NCBI GenBank assembly: GCA_037444405.1
Contig: JBBIML010000007.1
Span: 160,001 to 224,000 of the forward strand
From: Armatimonadota bacterium
Lineage (GTDB): Bacteria > Armatimonadota > Fimbriimonadia > Fimbriimonadales > GBS-DC
Direction of reading: 5' to 3'
DNA: 64,000 nt
The translations under genes and the position numbers were made by a program. Numbering within the stretch: position 1 is the stretch's first letter; each line of letters opens with the position of its first letter. The notes beneath the pieces are model-generated. The model searched no databases. It saw nothing but the letters and a program-made list of their open reading frames with translations, and had not been told where the DNA came from. Shown in pieces: positions 1 to 9,842 of the stretch.

Positions 1-391
1 CATACTGATGGAGCATGGTCACCATCGTGGCATCGTTGCTGGTCGCCACGAGGATACCGCCCCGTCTGGTCTTCACAATCTCCCAGTCGAGCGAGCGCAG
101 CACCCCGCGTTGCATCTGGCACTGGCTGCAGACGGTGATGTTCTCGTCGCGCATGGCTTTTGCCAGCTCGTCGAGTTGTTTCTGGAGGGCTTTGCCCTCT
201 TCCTCGTTGCGTCCCTGCACGACCCACATGATGCCGTTGTGGATTTTCACCCAGTCGGCAGGCTGTTTTGCGTTGGTGAGAATCTTGCTGATCTCGTTGC
301 GTGCGGCACAGGAGGGACACTGCATCGCCTCCTGTGCGCAGACCGCGCTCAGCGTCAATAGCACTCCGACCCAAAAGGCTGTTCGTCTCAT
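1..391 (-). CDS. Exported hypothetical protein with two CxxC motifs (3' end outside the window)
   Basis: Hand-translated, absent from the ORF track: MRRTAFWVGVLLTLSAVCAQEAMQCPSC...VCSQC...; GGAGG upstream of the ATG; signal-peptide-like N-terminus; open to the window edge. Confidence 0.7.
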   Translation of the reverse strand, partial: MRRTAFWVGVLLTLSAVCAQEAMQCPSCAARNEISKILTNAKQPADWVKIHNGIMWVVQGRNEEEGKALQKQLDELAKAMRDENITVCSQCQMQRGVLRSLDWEIVKTRRGGILVATSNDATMVTMLHQY

Positions 392-477
392 AGCGTATAC
401 CCTCCGCTTTCAAGAACTTTCGAGAGCGCCCTTCGGTTCCCTGCCGATAAGGGTATCTGCGGTATAATATCCGCAGC

Positions 478-1860
478 ATGCCGCGCTACAAGATTCTGAC
501 CTGGGGCTGCCAGATGAATGAGGAGGACTCGGAGCAGATGGCGCTCTACCTGCAGGAGCGGGGCTATCAGCCTGCCGACCGCCTGGAGGACGCCGATGTG
601 ATTCTGCTCAACACCTGTTCCGTGCGCCGCAAGCCCGAAGATAAGGTGTTCAGCACGCTGGGGCAGCTGCGCAAGCTCAAAGCCCGCAAGCCGAACCTGA
701 TAATCGGCGTGTGTGGCTGTATGGCGCAACTGCGGGCAGAGGAGATTAAACAGCGCGCGCCCCATGTCGATATGATTGTCGGCACGGCGCATGTGTCCCA
801 GGTCGGCAACCTGTTGGAGGAGGTTCTGCAGCGGCGGCGGCTGGCGATGCGCCTCGAACTGCCACCCCGCAAAGGCGCCATCGTCACCGACATCCCCCAG
901 CGCAAGATCGACCGCGCTCCCAAGCTCAAAGCCTATGTGCCGATCCAGTACGGCTGCGATAAGTTCTGCACCTTCTGCATCGTGCCCATCACGCGCGGGC
1001 GCGAGCGCAGCCGACCCACACAGGATATTCTGGACGAGATCAAACGCCTCGCTGATCTTGGCACCAGAGAGGTCATTCTGCTCGGTCAAACAGTCAACTC
1101 CTACGGCAAGAACCTGCTGGAGGGGCGTGTGCCCTTCGCGCGACTGCTCCAGCTCATCAACGATATCCCGGGCATCGAGCGCATCCGATTCACCTCGCCC
1201 TACCCGCGCGATTTTCGGGACGACCTGATCAATGCGATTGCCGAACTGCCCAAGGTGATGGAGCATGTGCATCTGCCGCTGCAGTCGGGCGATAACGATA
1301 TTCTGAAGGCGATGCGACGGCTCTACACCGTCGAACAGTTCGAGGAGATTGTCCACAAGCTGCGCGAGCGCGTGCCCAATATTGCCATCACCACCGACAT
1401 TATCGTGGGCTTTCCGGGCGAGACCGAGGAGCAGTTCGAACACACGCTGAAGGTGGTGGAGCGCATTCGGTTCGATGGCGCGTTCATGTTCGCGTTCAGC
1501 CCGCGACCGGGCACACCTGCTGCGCAGATGGAGAACCAGATTCCGCGCGCGGTCAAGCAGGAACGCCTTCAGCGGTTGATCGAACTGCAGAATCGCATCA
1601 CCTGTGAAATCAACGCCTCGCAGGTGGGGCGCGTGTTCGAGGTGCTGGTGGAGGGACCCAGCCAGAGGGACCCGACGAAGCTGGCGGGCTTCACCCGTGA
1701 GAACAAAATGATGCACTTCACGGGACCGCGCGAGCTGATCGGGCAGCTGGCGCAGGTGCGGGCGGACGAGGCGCACCTGTGGGGCTTCTACGGCACGGTC
1801 ATCGCGGCGCAGGGGATTACCAATCGCACGGAGCCGCTCGCAGCTGCGTCGCTCACTTGA
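478..1860 (+). CDS. miaB: tRNA methylthiotransferase MiaB
   Basis: TWGCQMNEEDSE, LNTCSVR, radical-SAM GCDKFCTFC, C-terminal TRAM domain. Confidence 0.93.
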   Translation: MPRYKILTWGCQMNEEDSEQMALYLQERGYQPADRLEDADVILLNTCSVRRKPEDKVFSTLGQLRKLKARKPNLIIGVCGCMAQLRAEEIKQRAPHVDMIVGTAHVSQVGNLLEEVLQRRRLAMRLELPPRKGAIVTDIPQRKIDRAPKLKAYVPIQYGCDKFCTFCIVPITRGRERSRPTQDILDEIKRLADLGTREVILLGQTVNSYGKNLLEGRVPFARLLQLINDIPGIERIRFTSPYPRDFRDDLINAIAELPKVMEHVHLPLQSGDNDILKAMRRLYTVEQFEEIVHKLRERVPNIAITTDIIVGFPGETEEQFEHTLKVVERIRFDGAFMFAFSPRPGTPAAQMENQIPRAVKQERLQRLIELQNRITCEINASQVGRVFEVLVEGPSQRDPTKLAGFTRENKMMHFTGPRELIGQLAQVRADEAHLWGFYGTVIAAQGITNRTEPLAAASLT

Positions 1861-2557
1861 GGTGAGTTGCCTGCCAGCTGCTGCGCACGCCCGCGATGGC
1901 AATCAGCACATCGCGCAGCTGGCGGGCGCGGTGCAGGAAGCCTTTCAGCGTGCGACCGTGTGTGCGATGCTCGAACGGCGTCTCCACCTCCAGGATTCGG
2001 GCGCCCTGTCGGCAAGCGTCCAGCGTCAGCCCCAGCTCCAGCCCGTAGCCAGGCGCGAAGCCGCGCAGGTGCATCAGCAGCTCGCGTGCGATGGCTCGCT
2101 GACCGCTGAGCGGCGCGCGAAAGCGCCTGCCCGTGCGCAGCCTGAGATAGAGCCGCGCCAGCCTCACCACCATGCCGAACCCGCCCGTGCGACCTGCGGG
2201 CGGCAGCACGCCAATCGTCATTTCGGCATAGCGCAGCAGCACGGGCGTGATCAGTCGCGTGGCGTAGCGGGCGGTGGCGCCCAGATCGGCGTCCAGGAAG
2301 AGGTAGTTTTCGGCATCGATGAGTTGCCAGCCGAGCCAGAGCGCGTCGCCCTTGCTGCCCGTGCGTGGCAGATACGCGCTGACCGGAACCACCTGCGCCC
2401 CTGCCTGCGATGCCCGCTGCGCGGTGTCGTCCGTGCTGCCGTCATCCAGCACGAGGATAGGCGCGTCGGGCAGTGCGTCGCGCAGGGCGCGCACCGTTTG
2501 TCCCACACAATCGCCCTCGTTGCGGGCAGGGATCAGGATGGCGACGCGCGATTTCAC
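1853..2557 (-). CDS. GT2 family glycosyltransferase
   Basis: IPARNE, DDGSTD, FLDAD, LSGQR motifs; start taken at the GTG overlapping the upstream stop (GTGA). Confidence 0.85.
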   Translation of the reverse strand: MKSRVAILIPARNEGDCVGQTVRALRDALPDAPILVLDDGSTDDTAQRASQAGAQVVPVSAYLPRTGSKGDALWLGWQLIDAENYLFLDADLGATARYATRLITPVLLRYAEMTIGVLPPAGRTGGFGMVVRLARLYLRLRTGRRFRAPLSGQRAIARELLMHLRGFAPGYGLELGLTLDACRQGARILEVETPFEHRTHGRTLKGFLHRARQLRDVLIAIAGVRSSWQATHLK

Positions 2558-3402
2558 GGTGCTCGCTCCAGCAGGGCATCGGGGACAGCAGCATCGGCGG
2601 TGGGCTTCAAGCCGTAGGTGCCCGATTCGCCACGCAGCAGCGCCATCAGTGCGCCCTTGCCCAGCGCCAGATCGACGCAGTCGACGCTGGGCACATCGGC
2701 TGCCTTGCACAGCGGGATTATCGAGAGGCGCGTGGCAAAGGCTTCACAGGCAACCAGGCGCGGGGCTGGCGACGCTCGATGGAGCGCCGACTGCAGCGCC
2801 GCAATCAGCTCGCTGTCCGCCTGCAGCCATTCGTCGCTCGCATCGCGGCGGGTGTAGCCGCCCACCCACACAATCACATCGGGTGGGCGTGCATAATCGC
2901 CCAACAGGCTGACCCCGTCGCGCCGTCGCAACACGGTCAGCATGCTCGCGGTCGCTCCCCCACCGAACAGCTCGGGCAGATTGTTCAGAATAATCCTGCG
3001 CTCTTCAGGGTCTGCCTGCGCCCATTCGATGCGAATCGTGCCCGTGAGTTCCGCGCTGGCGTCGGTGAGGAGCTGTTCGACGCCCTGCGCCACACTGCGC
3101 TCGTCGGTCGTGATGAGCAGCGCCACGCGCCGACCCTTCAATCGCTGGGGCATCGTGGCAGGCAGCAGCCGCGCCAGCACGCTATCGGTGCGCATCAGCG
3201 CCTGACGCAACAGGTCGCGCTCCGCTTCGGTCTCCCGCAGCTCGGCGGTGCGCTGCGCTAGCTGCTCGTCGAGCCGCCTGAGCTGAGCCGCTATCTGGTC
3301 GGGCACGGCAGGCGACAGATAGAGACCGCCAATCAGCAAGCCAACCGCAATCCCCAGCAGCACTGCTGATAAACTGGCTACATGGTATCGCCAATCGCTC
3401 AT
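2554..3402 (-). CDS. DUF3186 / MctB (SteB)-like membrane-anchored protein
   Basis: N-terminal [22 protein letters not shown], then a coiled coil, C-terminal SVDCVD...G.YGLK typical of the family. Confidence 0.75.
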   Translation of the reverse strand: MSDWRYHVASLSAVLLGIAVGLLIGGLYLSPAVPDQIAAQLRRLDEQLAQRTAELRETEAERDLLRQALMRTDSVLARLLPATMPQRLKGRRVALLITTDERSVAQGVEQLLTDASAELTGTIRIEWAQADPEERRIILNNLPELFGGGATASMLTVLRRRDGVSLLGDYARPPDVIVWVGGYTRRDASDEWLQADSELIAALQSALHRASPAPRLVACEAFATRLSIIPLCKAADVPSVDCVDLALGKGALMALLRGESGTYGLKPTADAAVPDALLERAP

Positions 3403-3463
3403 GGTCAACTCCCCAATCTGCTGGAGACTCTTTTACCCGACGGCGGGTATACTGTTTGTGAGA

Positions 3464-4243
3464 ATGGACGATCCGCTGGTGATTGCTGGGAAGAGCTTTC
3501 GTTCGCGCCTGATGGTCGGCACGGGCAAATACCCCGACACCGAAACGATGTTGCGGGCGATTGAGGCATCGGGCGCCGAGATTATCACCGTCGCACTGCG
3601 CCGCATCGATCTGGACGCGCCCAAACGCTCCATTCTGGACGACATCGACTGGAGCCGCTACCAGATTCTGCCCAACACGGCGGGCTGCCGCACGGCGGAG
3701 GAGGCGATCCGCGTCGCCCGACTCGCCCGCGCGATGGGCTTGAGCGACTGGATCAAGGTGGAGGTCGTGCCCGACCCCAAATATCTGCTGCCGGACCCGA
3801 TTGGCACCTTCGAAGCGTGCAGAGTGCTGGTGCAGGAGGGCTTCGTGGTGCTGCCTTACATCAACGATGACCCCGTGCTGGCGAAACAGCTGGAGGAGAT
3901 TGGCTGCGCAACGGTGATGCCGCTCGCTGCGCCAATCGGCACCGGGCAGGGTTTCGAGGTGAACTTCGAGCAGATTCGGATTATTGTGGAGCAGGCGCGG
4001 GTGCCCGTGGTGGTCGATGCGGGGCTGGGCGCGCCCTCCGACGCCGCCCTGGCGATGGAAATCGGCTGCGACGCCGTGCTGGTCAACACCGCGATTGCGA
4101 AGGCGAAAGACCCCGTGCTGATGGCGGAAGCGTTCCGACTGGGCGTGGAGGCGGGGCGCAAGGCGTTCCTGGCAGGACGAATCCCCAAGCTGCCCTACGC
4201 CTCGGCGTCCAGCCCGCTCGAAGGCGTGGTGCGCGACTCATGA
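3464..4243 (+). CDS. thiG: Thiazole synthase
   Basis: [46 protein letters not shown]. Confidence 0.95.
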   Translation: MDDPLVIAGKSFRSRLMVGTGKYPDTETMLRAIEASGAEIITVALRRIDLDAPKRSILDDIDWSRYQILPNTAGCRTAEEAIRVARLARAMGLSDWIKVEVVPDPKYLLPDPIGTFEACRVLVQEGFVVLPYINDDPVLAKQLEEIGCATVMPLAAPIGTGQGFEVNFEQIRIIVEQARVPVVVDAGLGAPSDAALAMEIGCDAVLVNTAIAKAKDPVLMAEAFRLGVEAGRKAFLAGRIPKLPYASASSPLEGVVRDS

Positions 4244-4905
4244 GGCTCATCCCCGCGCGCGTGCTGATGTTCATCCTGAACCACGCGCCGACGACCGATG
4301 TGGAGCGCGCCCTGCATATCGCTGAATCGGCACTGCGTGGCGGTGTCAACTGGCTGATGTTGCGCGTGCGGGATCTGCCCGCCACCGCCTGCGTGGACTT
4401 CGCGCTGACACTGCGCCGTCTCACCGAGCAGCATGGCGCGCTGTTCGGCGTCAACCCCTACCCTGCGCTCGCTGTGTGGAGCCGCGCGGACGCCCTTCAC
4501 CTGCCTGAAACAGCCGCTTATCACCCTGCGCCCGCGGGCGCACTGCTGGGTCGCTCCGTACACAGCGTGGCAGCGGCGCAGCGCGCGGCGGATGAAGGCT
4601 GCGACTATCTGCTGGTGGGCACCATCTACCCGACGGCAAGCCATCCCGATAAGCCTGCCGGAGGCATTGAGCTGCTGCAGGCGGTGCGGATGGCATCGAC
4701 GGTGCCGCTGATTGCAATTGGTGGCGTCACGCCAGAGCGGGTGTCGGAGTGCCTGCAGGCGGGCGCGTGCGGTGTGGCGGTCATCTCCGGCATCGCGGAG
4801 GCACCCGACCCTGAAGCCGCCGCCCGACGCTACCACGACGCGCTGACCATCGGCAACAGTACGGGCGCGGGAACCGCGCCCCTACACCAACCGCGATCAC
4901 CGTAG
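4240..4905 (+). CDS. Thiamine-phosphate synthase/TenI family protein (ThiE motifs degenerate)
   Basis: [24 protein letters not shown]-coupled to thiG. Confidence 0.8.
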   Translation: MRLIPARVLMFILNHAPTTDVERALHIAESALRGGVNWLMLRVRDLPATACVDFALTLRRLTEQHGALFGVNPYPALAVWSRADALHLPETAAYHPAPAGALLGRSVHSVAAAQRAADEGCDYLLVGTIYPTASHPDKPAGGIELLQAVRMASTVPLIAIGGVTPERVSECLQAGACGVAVISGIAEAPDPEAAARRYHDALTIGNSTGAGTAPLHQPRSP

Positions 4906-4936
4906 AGAGGTACGAGCGCGGTTCCCGCGCCTCCAC
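4859..4936. repeat. REP-like palindrome family B, two copies (GGGCGCGG-n-CCGCGCCCCTAC)
   Basis: Similar copies at 14795-14856, 17919-17943 and 25372-25397. Confidence 0.75.
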
Positions 4937-4962
4937 AGGCTACACGCAGGTATAATCGGTAC

Positions 4963-5802
4963 ATGCTGGAGCCAGCCGCGATAGAGACAGCCATCGAGCG
5001 GGCGCTACAGGAGGATGTGGGCGCCTGCGACTGGACGACCCACGCGCTGATCCCACCGGAAATGCGCTCGGAGGGCGCGATTCTGGCGCAGGCGGAGGGC
5101 GTGCTGTGCGGCGTGGTGATTGCCCGGCGCGTGTTCGAGCGGCTGGACGCAACGATGGAGTTCCCCGAATCGCTCGCGGATGGCGCGTGGCTGACGGCGG
5201 GGCGCTGTGTGCTACGCCTGCGCGGTGCCACCCGCGCGATTTTGACCGCCGAGCGCACCGCGCTCAACTTCCTGCAGCATCTGTCGGGCATCGCCACGCT
5301 CACGCGCCAGTTCGTGCAGGCGATCGAGGGCACCGGCGCGCGGATTGCCGACACGCGCAAGACCACGCCCGGCTTGCGCCTGCTGGAAAAGTACGCTGTG
5401 CGTGTGGGCGGCGGCGTCAATCACCGAATCGGGTTGTATGACGGGATTTTGATCAAGGACAATCATCTGCGGGCGCTGGGAGGCGATATTCGGGAGGCGG
5501 TGCGGCGCGCCCGCGCGAACGCGCCTCACATGCTCATGGTGGAGGTGGAGTGCGCCACGCTTGCCGAGGTGGAGCAGGCGATTGCGGCAGGCGCCGACGC
5601 CATCCTGCTGGACAACATGTCGCTGGAGCAGTTGCGCGAGGCGGTGCGCATCGCGAAAGGGCGCGTGCGCCTGATCGAAGCCTCTGGCGGCGTGAACCTT
5701 CAAACCGTGCGCGCGATCGCCGAAACGGGCGTGGACTTAATCTCCGTCGGCGCCATCACCCACTCCGCGCCCATCCTGCCGATGCACCTGGAGTTTGAAT
5801 GA
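4963..5802 (+). CDS. nadC: Quinolinate phosphoribosyltransferase
   Basis: ERTALNFLQHLSGIAT, DTRKTTPGLR, LIKDNH, LLDNM, EASGG. Confidence 0.95.
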   Translation: MLEPAAIETAIERALQEDVGACDWTTHALIPPEMRSEGAILAQAEGVLCGVVIARRVFERLDATMEFPESLADGAWLTAGRCVLRLRGATRAILTAERTALNFLQHLSGIATLTRQFVQAIEGTGARIADTRKTTPGLRLLEKYAVRVGGGVNHRIGLYDGILIKDNHLRALGGDIREAVRRARANAPHMLMVEVECATLAEVEQAIAAGADAILLDNMSLEQLREAVRIAKGRVRLIEASGGVNLQTVRAIAETGVDLISVGAITHSAPILPMHLEFE

Positions 5803-5829
5803 GATTCCACTGGGGGGAACATTGTGCGT

Positions 5830-6903
5830 ATGAACTGGCGAGCGGTCTACCCGGAGTGGCAGGCGGTTCTGGAGAATCTGGCGTCCGTGTCGGGCGTGGT
5901 GATGGTGCTGGGCGGGGTGGACACGGGCAAGTCCACCTTCTGCTCGCTGTTGTTGCGGCTGTGGCAATCGGCGGGCACGGTCGCAGGCTATGTCGACCTC
6001 GATTTGGGTCAGAGCAATGTGGGTCCGCCGTCGACTTTCAGCTGGTCGCTGGTGCGCCAGCCGTTCGAGCGGTTGAGCGACCTTGTGCCGGGCGGGCTGG
6101 CGTTTGTGGGCGATGTGACGCCCGCTCGCCATATCGCGCTGTCGTTGACCGGCGCACGGCGCGTGCTGGACGAACTGCTTGCGCTGCAACCTGAAAAGGT
6201 GGTGATTGACACCTGCGGTTATATCGGAGGCTGGGCGGCTCGCCAGTATAAGCTGATGCTGACCGATTTATTGCGTCCGCGCGTGATTGTGGGCTTACAG
6301 CACGAGCGGGAGCTAAACCCGATTCTGGACGCTTTACGCCGTCGCGCCGACTGGCGCGTGGAGGTCGTGCCCGTGCCCGAAGCGATTGGGCGCAAGCCGC
6401 CCATTTTCCGCTCGCAGTATCGGCGCGTCGCGTTCGCCCGCTACTTCGAGGGCGCACGCTCCCACACGCTGCCACTGAGCCAGATCAGCCTGATCGGGCG
6501 GCGACTGGGCGCAGGCGAGCCGCTCAGCGACGCCGCGCGCCAGCACCTGCAAAACCAGATTCGCGCCGAGCTGCTCCATGCCGAACGCTACGGCGACCAC
6601 CTGCATGTGATTCTGCGTCAGCCGCTTACCGAGCAACAGATTGGGTTATTGCAAGCGCTCACCCGCGCCCAGCATCTCACCCTGCTGCCGCCCTCCGCCT
6701 ATCAGCACCTGCTGGTGGGGCTGACCGACTACACAGGGCGCACCTTCGGTATCGGGCTGATCGAATCGCTCGATTTCGAGGCGGGCACGCTCACCCTGCT
6801 CTCCCCTGTACATTCGGTTCAGCCTGTGCGCTGGGTGCAGCTGGGCTATCTGCGCGTGCTGCCCGACGGCACCGAACTCGGCGAACCCCTGCGTGAAGGT
6901 TAA
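5830..6903 (+). CDS. Clp1/Nol9-like polynucleotide 5'-hydroxyl kinase
   Basis: Walker A GGVDTGKST, DLDLGQSNVGPP, VIDTCG. Confidence 0.8.
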   Translation: MNWRAVYPEWQAVLENLASVSGVVMVLGGVDTGKSTFCSLLLRLWQSAGTVAGYVDLDLGQSNVGPPSTFSWSLVRQPFERLSDLVPGGLAFVGDVTPARHIALSLTGARRVLDELLALQPEKVVIDTCGYIGGWAARQYKLMLTDLLRPRVIVGLQHERELNPILDALRRRADWRVEVVPVPEAIGRKPPIFRSQYRRVAFARYFEGARSHTLPLSQISLIGRRLGAGEPLSDAARQHLQNQIRAELLHAERYGDHLHVILRQPLTEQQIGLLQALTRAQHLTLLPPSAYQHLLVGLTDYTGRTFGIGLIESLDFEAGTLTLLSPVHSVQPVRWVQLGYLRVLPDGTELGEPLREG

Positions 6904-6985
6904 AGCCCCATCCATGCCCTTAACAGACACAGATGGGGCTGACATGAAGCGCGGTTCATGGTCAGGCACTGCCCGACCCTGAACC
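6904..6985. terminator. Two hairpins between convergent genes
   Basis: AGCCCCATC/GATGGGGCT and GGTTCATGGTCAGGCA/TGCCCGACCCTGAACC; no T-run. Confidence 0.45.
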
Positions 6986-7001
6986 TGAGTGATTGAACGG
7001 C

Positions 7002-8852
7002 TTAGCCGCCGCAGCCGAAGTTGAACAGCACAATCAGCAGGTCGGCGTCGTCGACCATGTTATCGCCGTTCACATCCTCCGGGCAGCCCGAACAGAAGTT
7101 GCCGAAGGCGAACAGCACGGCTAACAGGTCGGCATCGTCCACCACGCCATCCCTGTTCACATCGCCCTCGCAGCCGGGCGGCGTCTCACAGCCTGCTGAG
7201 CTGACGAAGTAGGCGCCCTCCAGCTGGATAGTGTAGCGCCCACCCGCAATCGTCCCACCTGTCCAGCCCGCAATCGGGTTCGACGCGCCCGGACCATCTG
7301 GACAGCGAACCGCACGGAAGGGGGTGTTGTTCCAGATGAGCTGCCCGCTGGCATCGACGGCGTCGCGGTTGTAGCGGCTGATCGCCAGCAGGTAGATGCC
7401 ATCCGCCGTGATGCAGCCTGTGGAGTTGTCGATGCGCGAGGTCAACCCTGTGCCGGGGTTCACATTATCGTCGTTGAACACCACGCCCGTGCCATCGCAG
7501 CGGAACAGCCACAGCTGGGTATCCCAGTCAACCTGACCCACCGTGCTGGCGACGAAGCTGTTCGGATCGGTGATGCAGATGACATACATATCCACATCAT
7601 CGGTGCCGAGGTCGCCGCGCACGCGCGTCACAGGCGTCTGGCAGGGTGTGGCATCGGGCAGGGTGATAATCTGCGCGGTGGAGGGCAGATCACCCGCATC
7701 GCCGCCTCCGTGAAAGCTCTCATCCCACGGCGCAGGCGGCGGACAGTCGGCAGGATCACCCGCGGTGGCGCCCTCCGCGCCTGTCAGAAAGATTCGGTAG
7801 GTGCCGGTGCTGCTGGTGCTGCCAGCCCACGATGCCAGTCGTGAGGTACTCTCGGGACCATCGGGGCAGCGCACCGAGCGAGTGGGCGTGGTGTTCCAGA
7901 TCAGTCCACCATCGCAGCCAGCCGCTCGCCGACCAAACAGGCTGATTGCCAGATAGTAGAGCCCGGGCTGAGTAATGCAGAAGGAGCGGTTGTCGATACG
8001 GGACTGGAAGCCTGAGGTGGCGTCGGGATTGTCCTCGTTATGCACCACGCCTTTGCCATCAGCATCAAAGAGCCAGAGGGCAGTATCGAGCGAGGTGCCG
8101 CCGATGGTGGTGGCGCTGAAGATGCCGGGATCGGTGATGTAGATGGCGTAGATATCGACATCGTTCGCGGCGCCGATGGTGCCGCGGATAGCGGTCAGGG
8201 GACCAGCGCCGGTGCTCTGAGCGGTTTCGGGCATATCCCCTGCATCGCCGCCACCATTTGCGAACTCATCCCAGCCTTCAAACGGCGGACAGTCGGCAGG
8301 ATCACCCGCGGTGGCGCCCGCCACACCCGTTAGAAAGATGGTGTAGGTTCCGGCTGAGCTGGTGCTGGAGGTCCAGCTGGCAACCCGCGAGGTACTCTCG
8401 GGACCGTTCGGGCAGTTGTTGTCATTGGTGGACCACAATCCACCATCATTACACCCAAGCGGGTCCTTGTTGTAGCGCGTAATCGCCAGGTAGTAAAGAC
8501 CAGGTCCAGGGATACAGCCGCTGGCGTTATTGATTGTGGATTGCAGCCCGCCCGTGTCGTCCTCAGCGACAATACCCACACCGTTCGCATCGAACAGGAA
8601 CAGCTGGGTGTCCCATGAGGCTCCACCAACAGTGGATGCGCTGAAAGTGCTGGGATCGCTGATGTAGATGGCGTACATGTCAACATCGTTGACATCCAGG
8701 TTGCCCTGGATCTGGGTGATAGTACCGCTGCCAGTTGACTGGGCGCTTTCAGGCAGGTTGCCTGCATCGCCCTGCTCGAACCATGTCTGTGCCTGTGCAC
8801 CGAACACGAGCGCAGTCAGCGTCAGAAAAGCCCATATTAGGCGTCGCATCAT
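7002..8852 (-). CDS. Secreted protein with three tandem DVUA0089/PPC-like domains and a dockerin-like tail
   Basis: Signal peptide; three GDAG.LP..AQ...DVD.Y.I...DT.L.LF...Y.LAI repeats; GDVNRDGVVDDADLLAVLFAFG...DVNGDNMVDDADLLIVLFNFG. Confidence 0.8.
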   Translation of the reverse strand: MMRRLIWAFLTLTALVFGAQAQTWFEQGDAGNLPESAQSTGSGTITQIQGNLDVNDVDMYAIYISDPSTFSASTVGGASWDTQLFLFDANGVGIVAEDDTGGLQSTINNASGCIPGPGLYYLAITRYNKDPLGCNDGGLWSTNDNNCPNGPESTSRVASWTSSTSSAGTYTIFLTGVAGATAGDPADCPPFEGWDEFANGGGDAGDMPETAQSTGAGPLTAIRGTIGAANDVDIYAIYITDPGIFSATTIGGTSLDTALWLFDADGKGVVHNEDNPDATSGFQSRIDNRSFCITQPGLYYLAISLFGRRAAGCDGGLIWNTTPTRSVRCPDGPESTSRLASWAGSTSSTGTYRIFLTGAEGATAGDPADCPPPAPWDESFHGGGDAGDLPSTAQIITLPDATPCQTPVTRVRGDLGTDDVDMYVICITDPNSFVASTVGQVDWDTQLWLFRCDGTGVVFNDDNVNPGTGLTSRIDNSTGCITADGIYLLAISRYNRDAVDASGQLIWNNTPFRAVRCPDGPGASNPIAGWTGGTIAGGRYTIQLEGAYFVSSAGCETPPGCEGDVNRDGVVDDADLLAVLFAFGNFCSGCPEDVNGDNMVDDADLLIVLFNFGCGG

Positions 8853-8909
8853 CTCACCTTCCTTTCGTGGCGTTGTGCCACACCTTAATTATACCCCACC
8901 CCCCTTTTG

Positions 8910-9839
8910 TCAGGGGTTGCCCAGATCGGCAGGCGGTTTCATGCGTCCGAAAGAACCCGCGAGCGCAACGACGGTCAGCAGATAGGGCAGCATCAGCAGC
9001 AGGTCGGTCGGCAGTTGCACGCCGAACAGCGGCTGCCCTTGCAGGCGCATCTGGAGCGCCTCAAAGAAGCCGAACCCGAACGCGGCGGCGGCGGCGCCCA
9101 GCGGGTGCCAGCGCCCGAAAATCAGCGCCGCCAGCGCGATAAAGCCGCGACCCGCGCTCATATTCTCCCGAAACTGGTCCGCGGACGCCAGCGTGAGGAA
9201 CGCGCCCGCCATGCTCGCCAGCACGCCCGACAGCAGCACGCCCAGATAGCGAATCTTTTTGATGGGCACGCCCATCGTGCGCGCCTTGATCGCGTCGTTG
9301 CCCACCGCGTAGACGCGCAAGCCCCAGCGCGTGTGGTTCAACAGCCAGAACAGCCCGAACGGCAACACCACCGCGAACAGCACCAGCCAGGTCTGGTCTT
9401 TCAGGAGCGCGCCCAGCAGGGGCAGGCGCTGGAGCCAGTCTGCCTGAAAGGGCGCAAAGCCCTGCACCACCGACGATTCGCCCCGCTCCTCACGCGGCAG
9501 GATCAGCTGGCGGAACAGGTAGGTCGATAGCCCCAGTGCCAGCAGATTAATCGCCACGCCGCTGACCACATGGTCAGTGCGGAACTCCTGCGTGGCGACG
9601 GCGTGAATCAGCGCGAAGAGCAGACCCACCAGAATGGCGCAGGCAAGACCCACCCAGGGCGAGCCTGTCAGCAGAGCGCCGTATGCGCCAGCGAACGCGC
9701 CCATCAGAATCTTGCCTTCCAGCCCGATATTGATGACCCCTGTGCGCTCGCTGAGCAGTCCGCCCAGCGCGGCTAAGATCAGCGGGGTCGCCTGACGCAA
9801 CGCCGTGTTCACCAGCTGCAGATCGAACACCTCGCCCAT
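8910..9839 (-). CDS. ABC transporter permease (nucleoside/sugar, CUT2 type)
   Basis: SERTGVINIGLEG, SAGRGFIALAALIFGRW. Confidence 0.9.
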   Translation of the reverse strand: MGEVFDLQLVNTALRQATPLILAALGGLLSERTGVINIGLEGKILMGAFAGAYGALLTGSPWVGLACAILVGLLFALIHAVATQEFRTDHVVSGVAINLLALGLSTYLFRQLILPREERGESSVVQGFAPFQADWLQRLPLLGALLKDQTWLVLFAVVLPFGLFWLLNHTRWGLRVYAVGNDAIKARTMGVPIKKIRYLGVLLSGVLASMAGAFLTLASADQFRENMSAGRGFIALAALIFGRWHPLGAAAAAFGFGFFEALQMRLQGQPLFGVQLPTDLLLMLPYLLTVVALAGSFGRMKPPADLGNP

Positions 9840-9842
9840 CGC

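Noticed and set aside
388..1902. Long antisense ORFs (e.g. 388-1902, 11555-12763, 15985-17070, 50675-51715)
   Set aside because: Shadows of well-supported genes on the opposite strand, as expected at high GC
3403..3463. TPP riboswitch before thiG
   Set aside because: Only 61 nt of divergent intergenic space and no CTGAGA core
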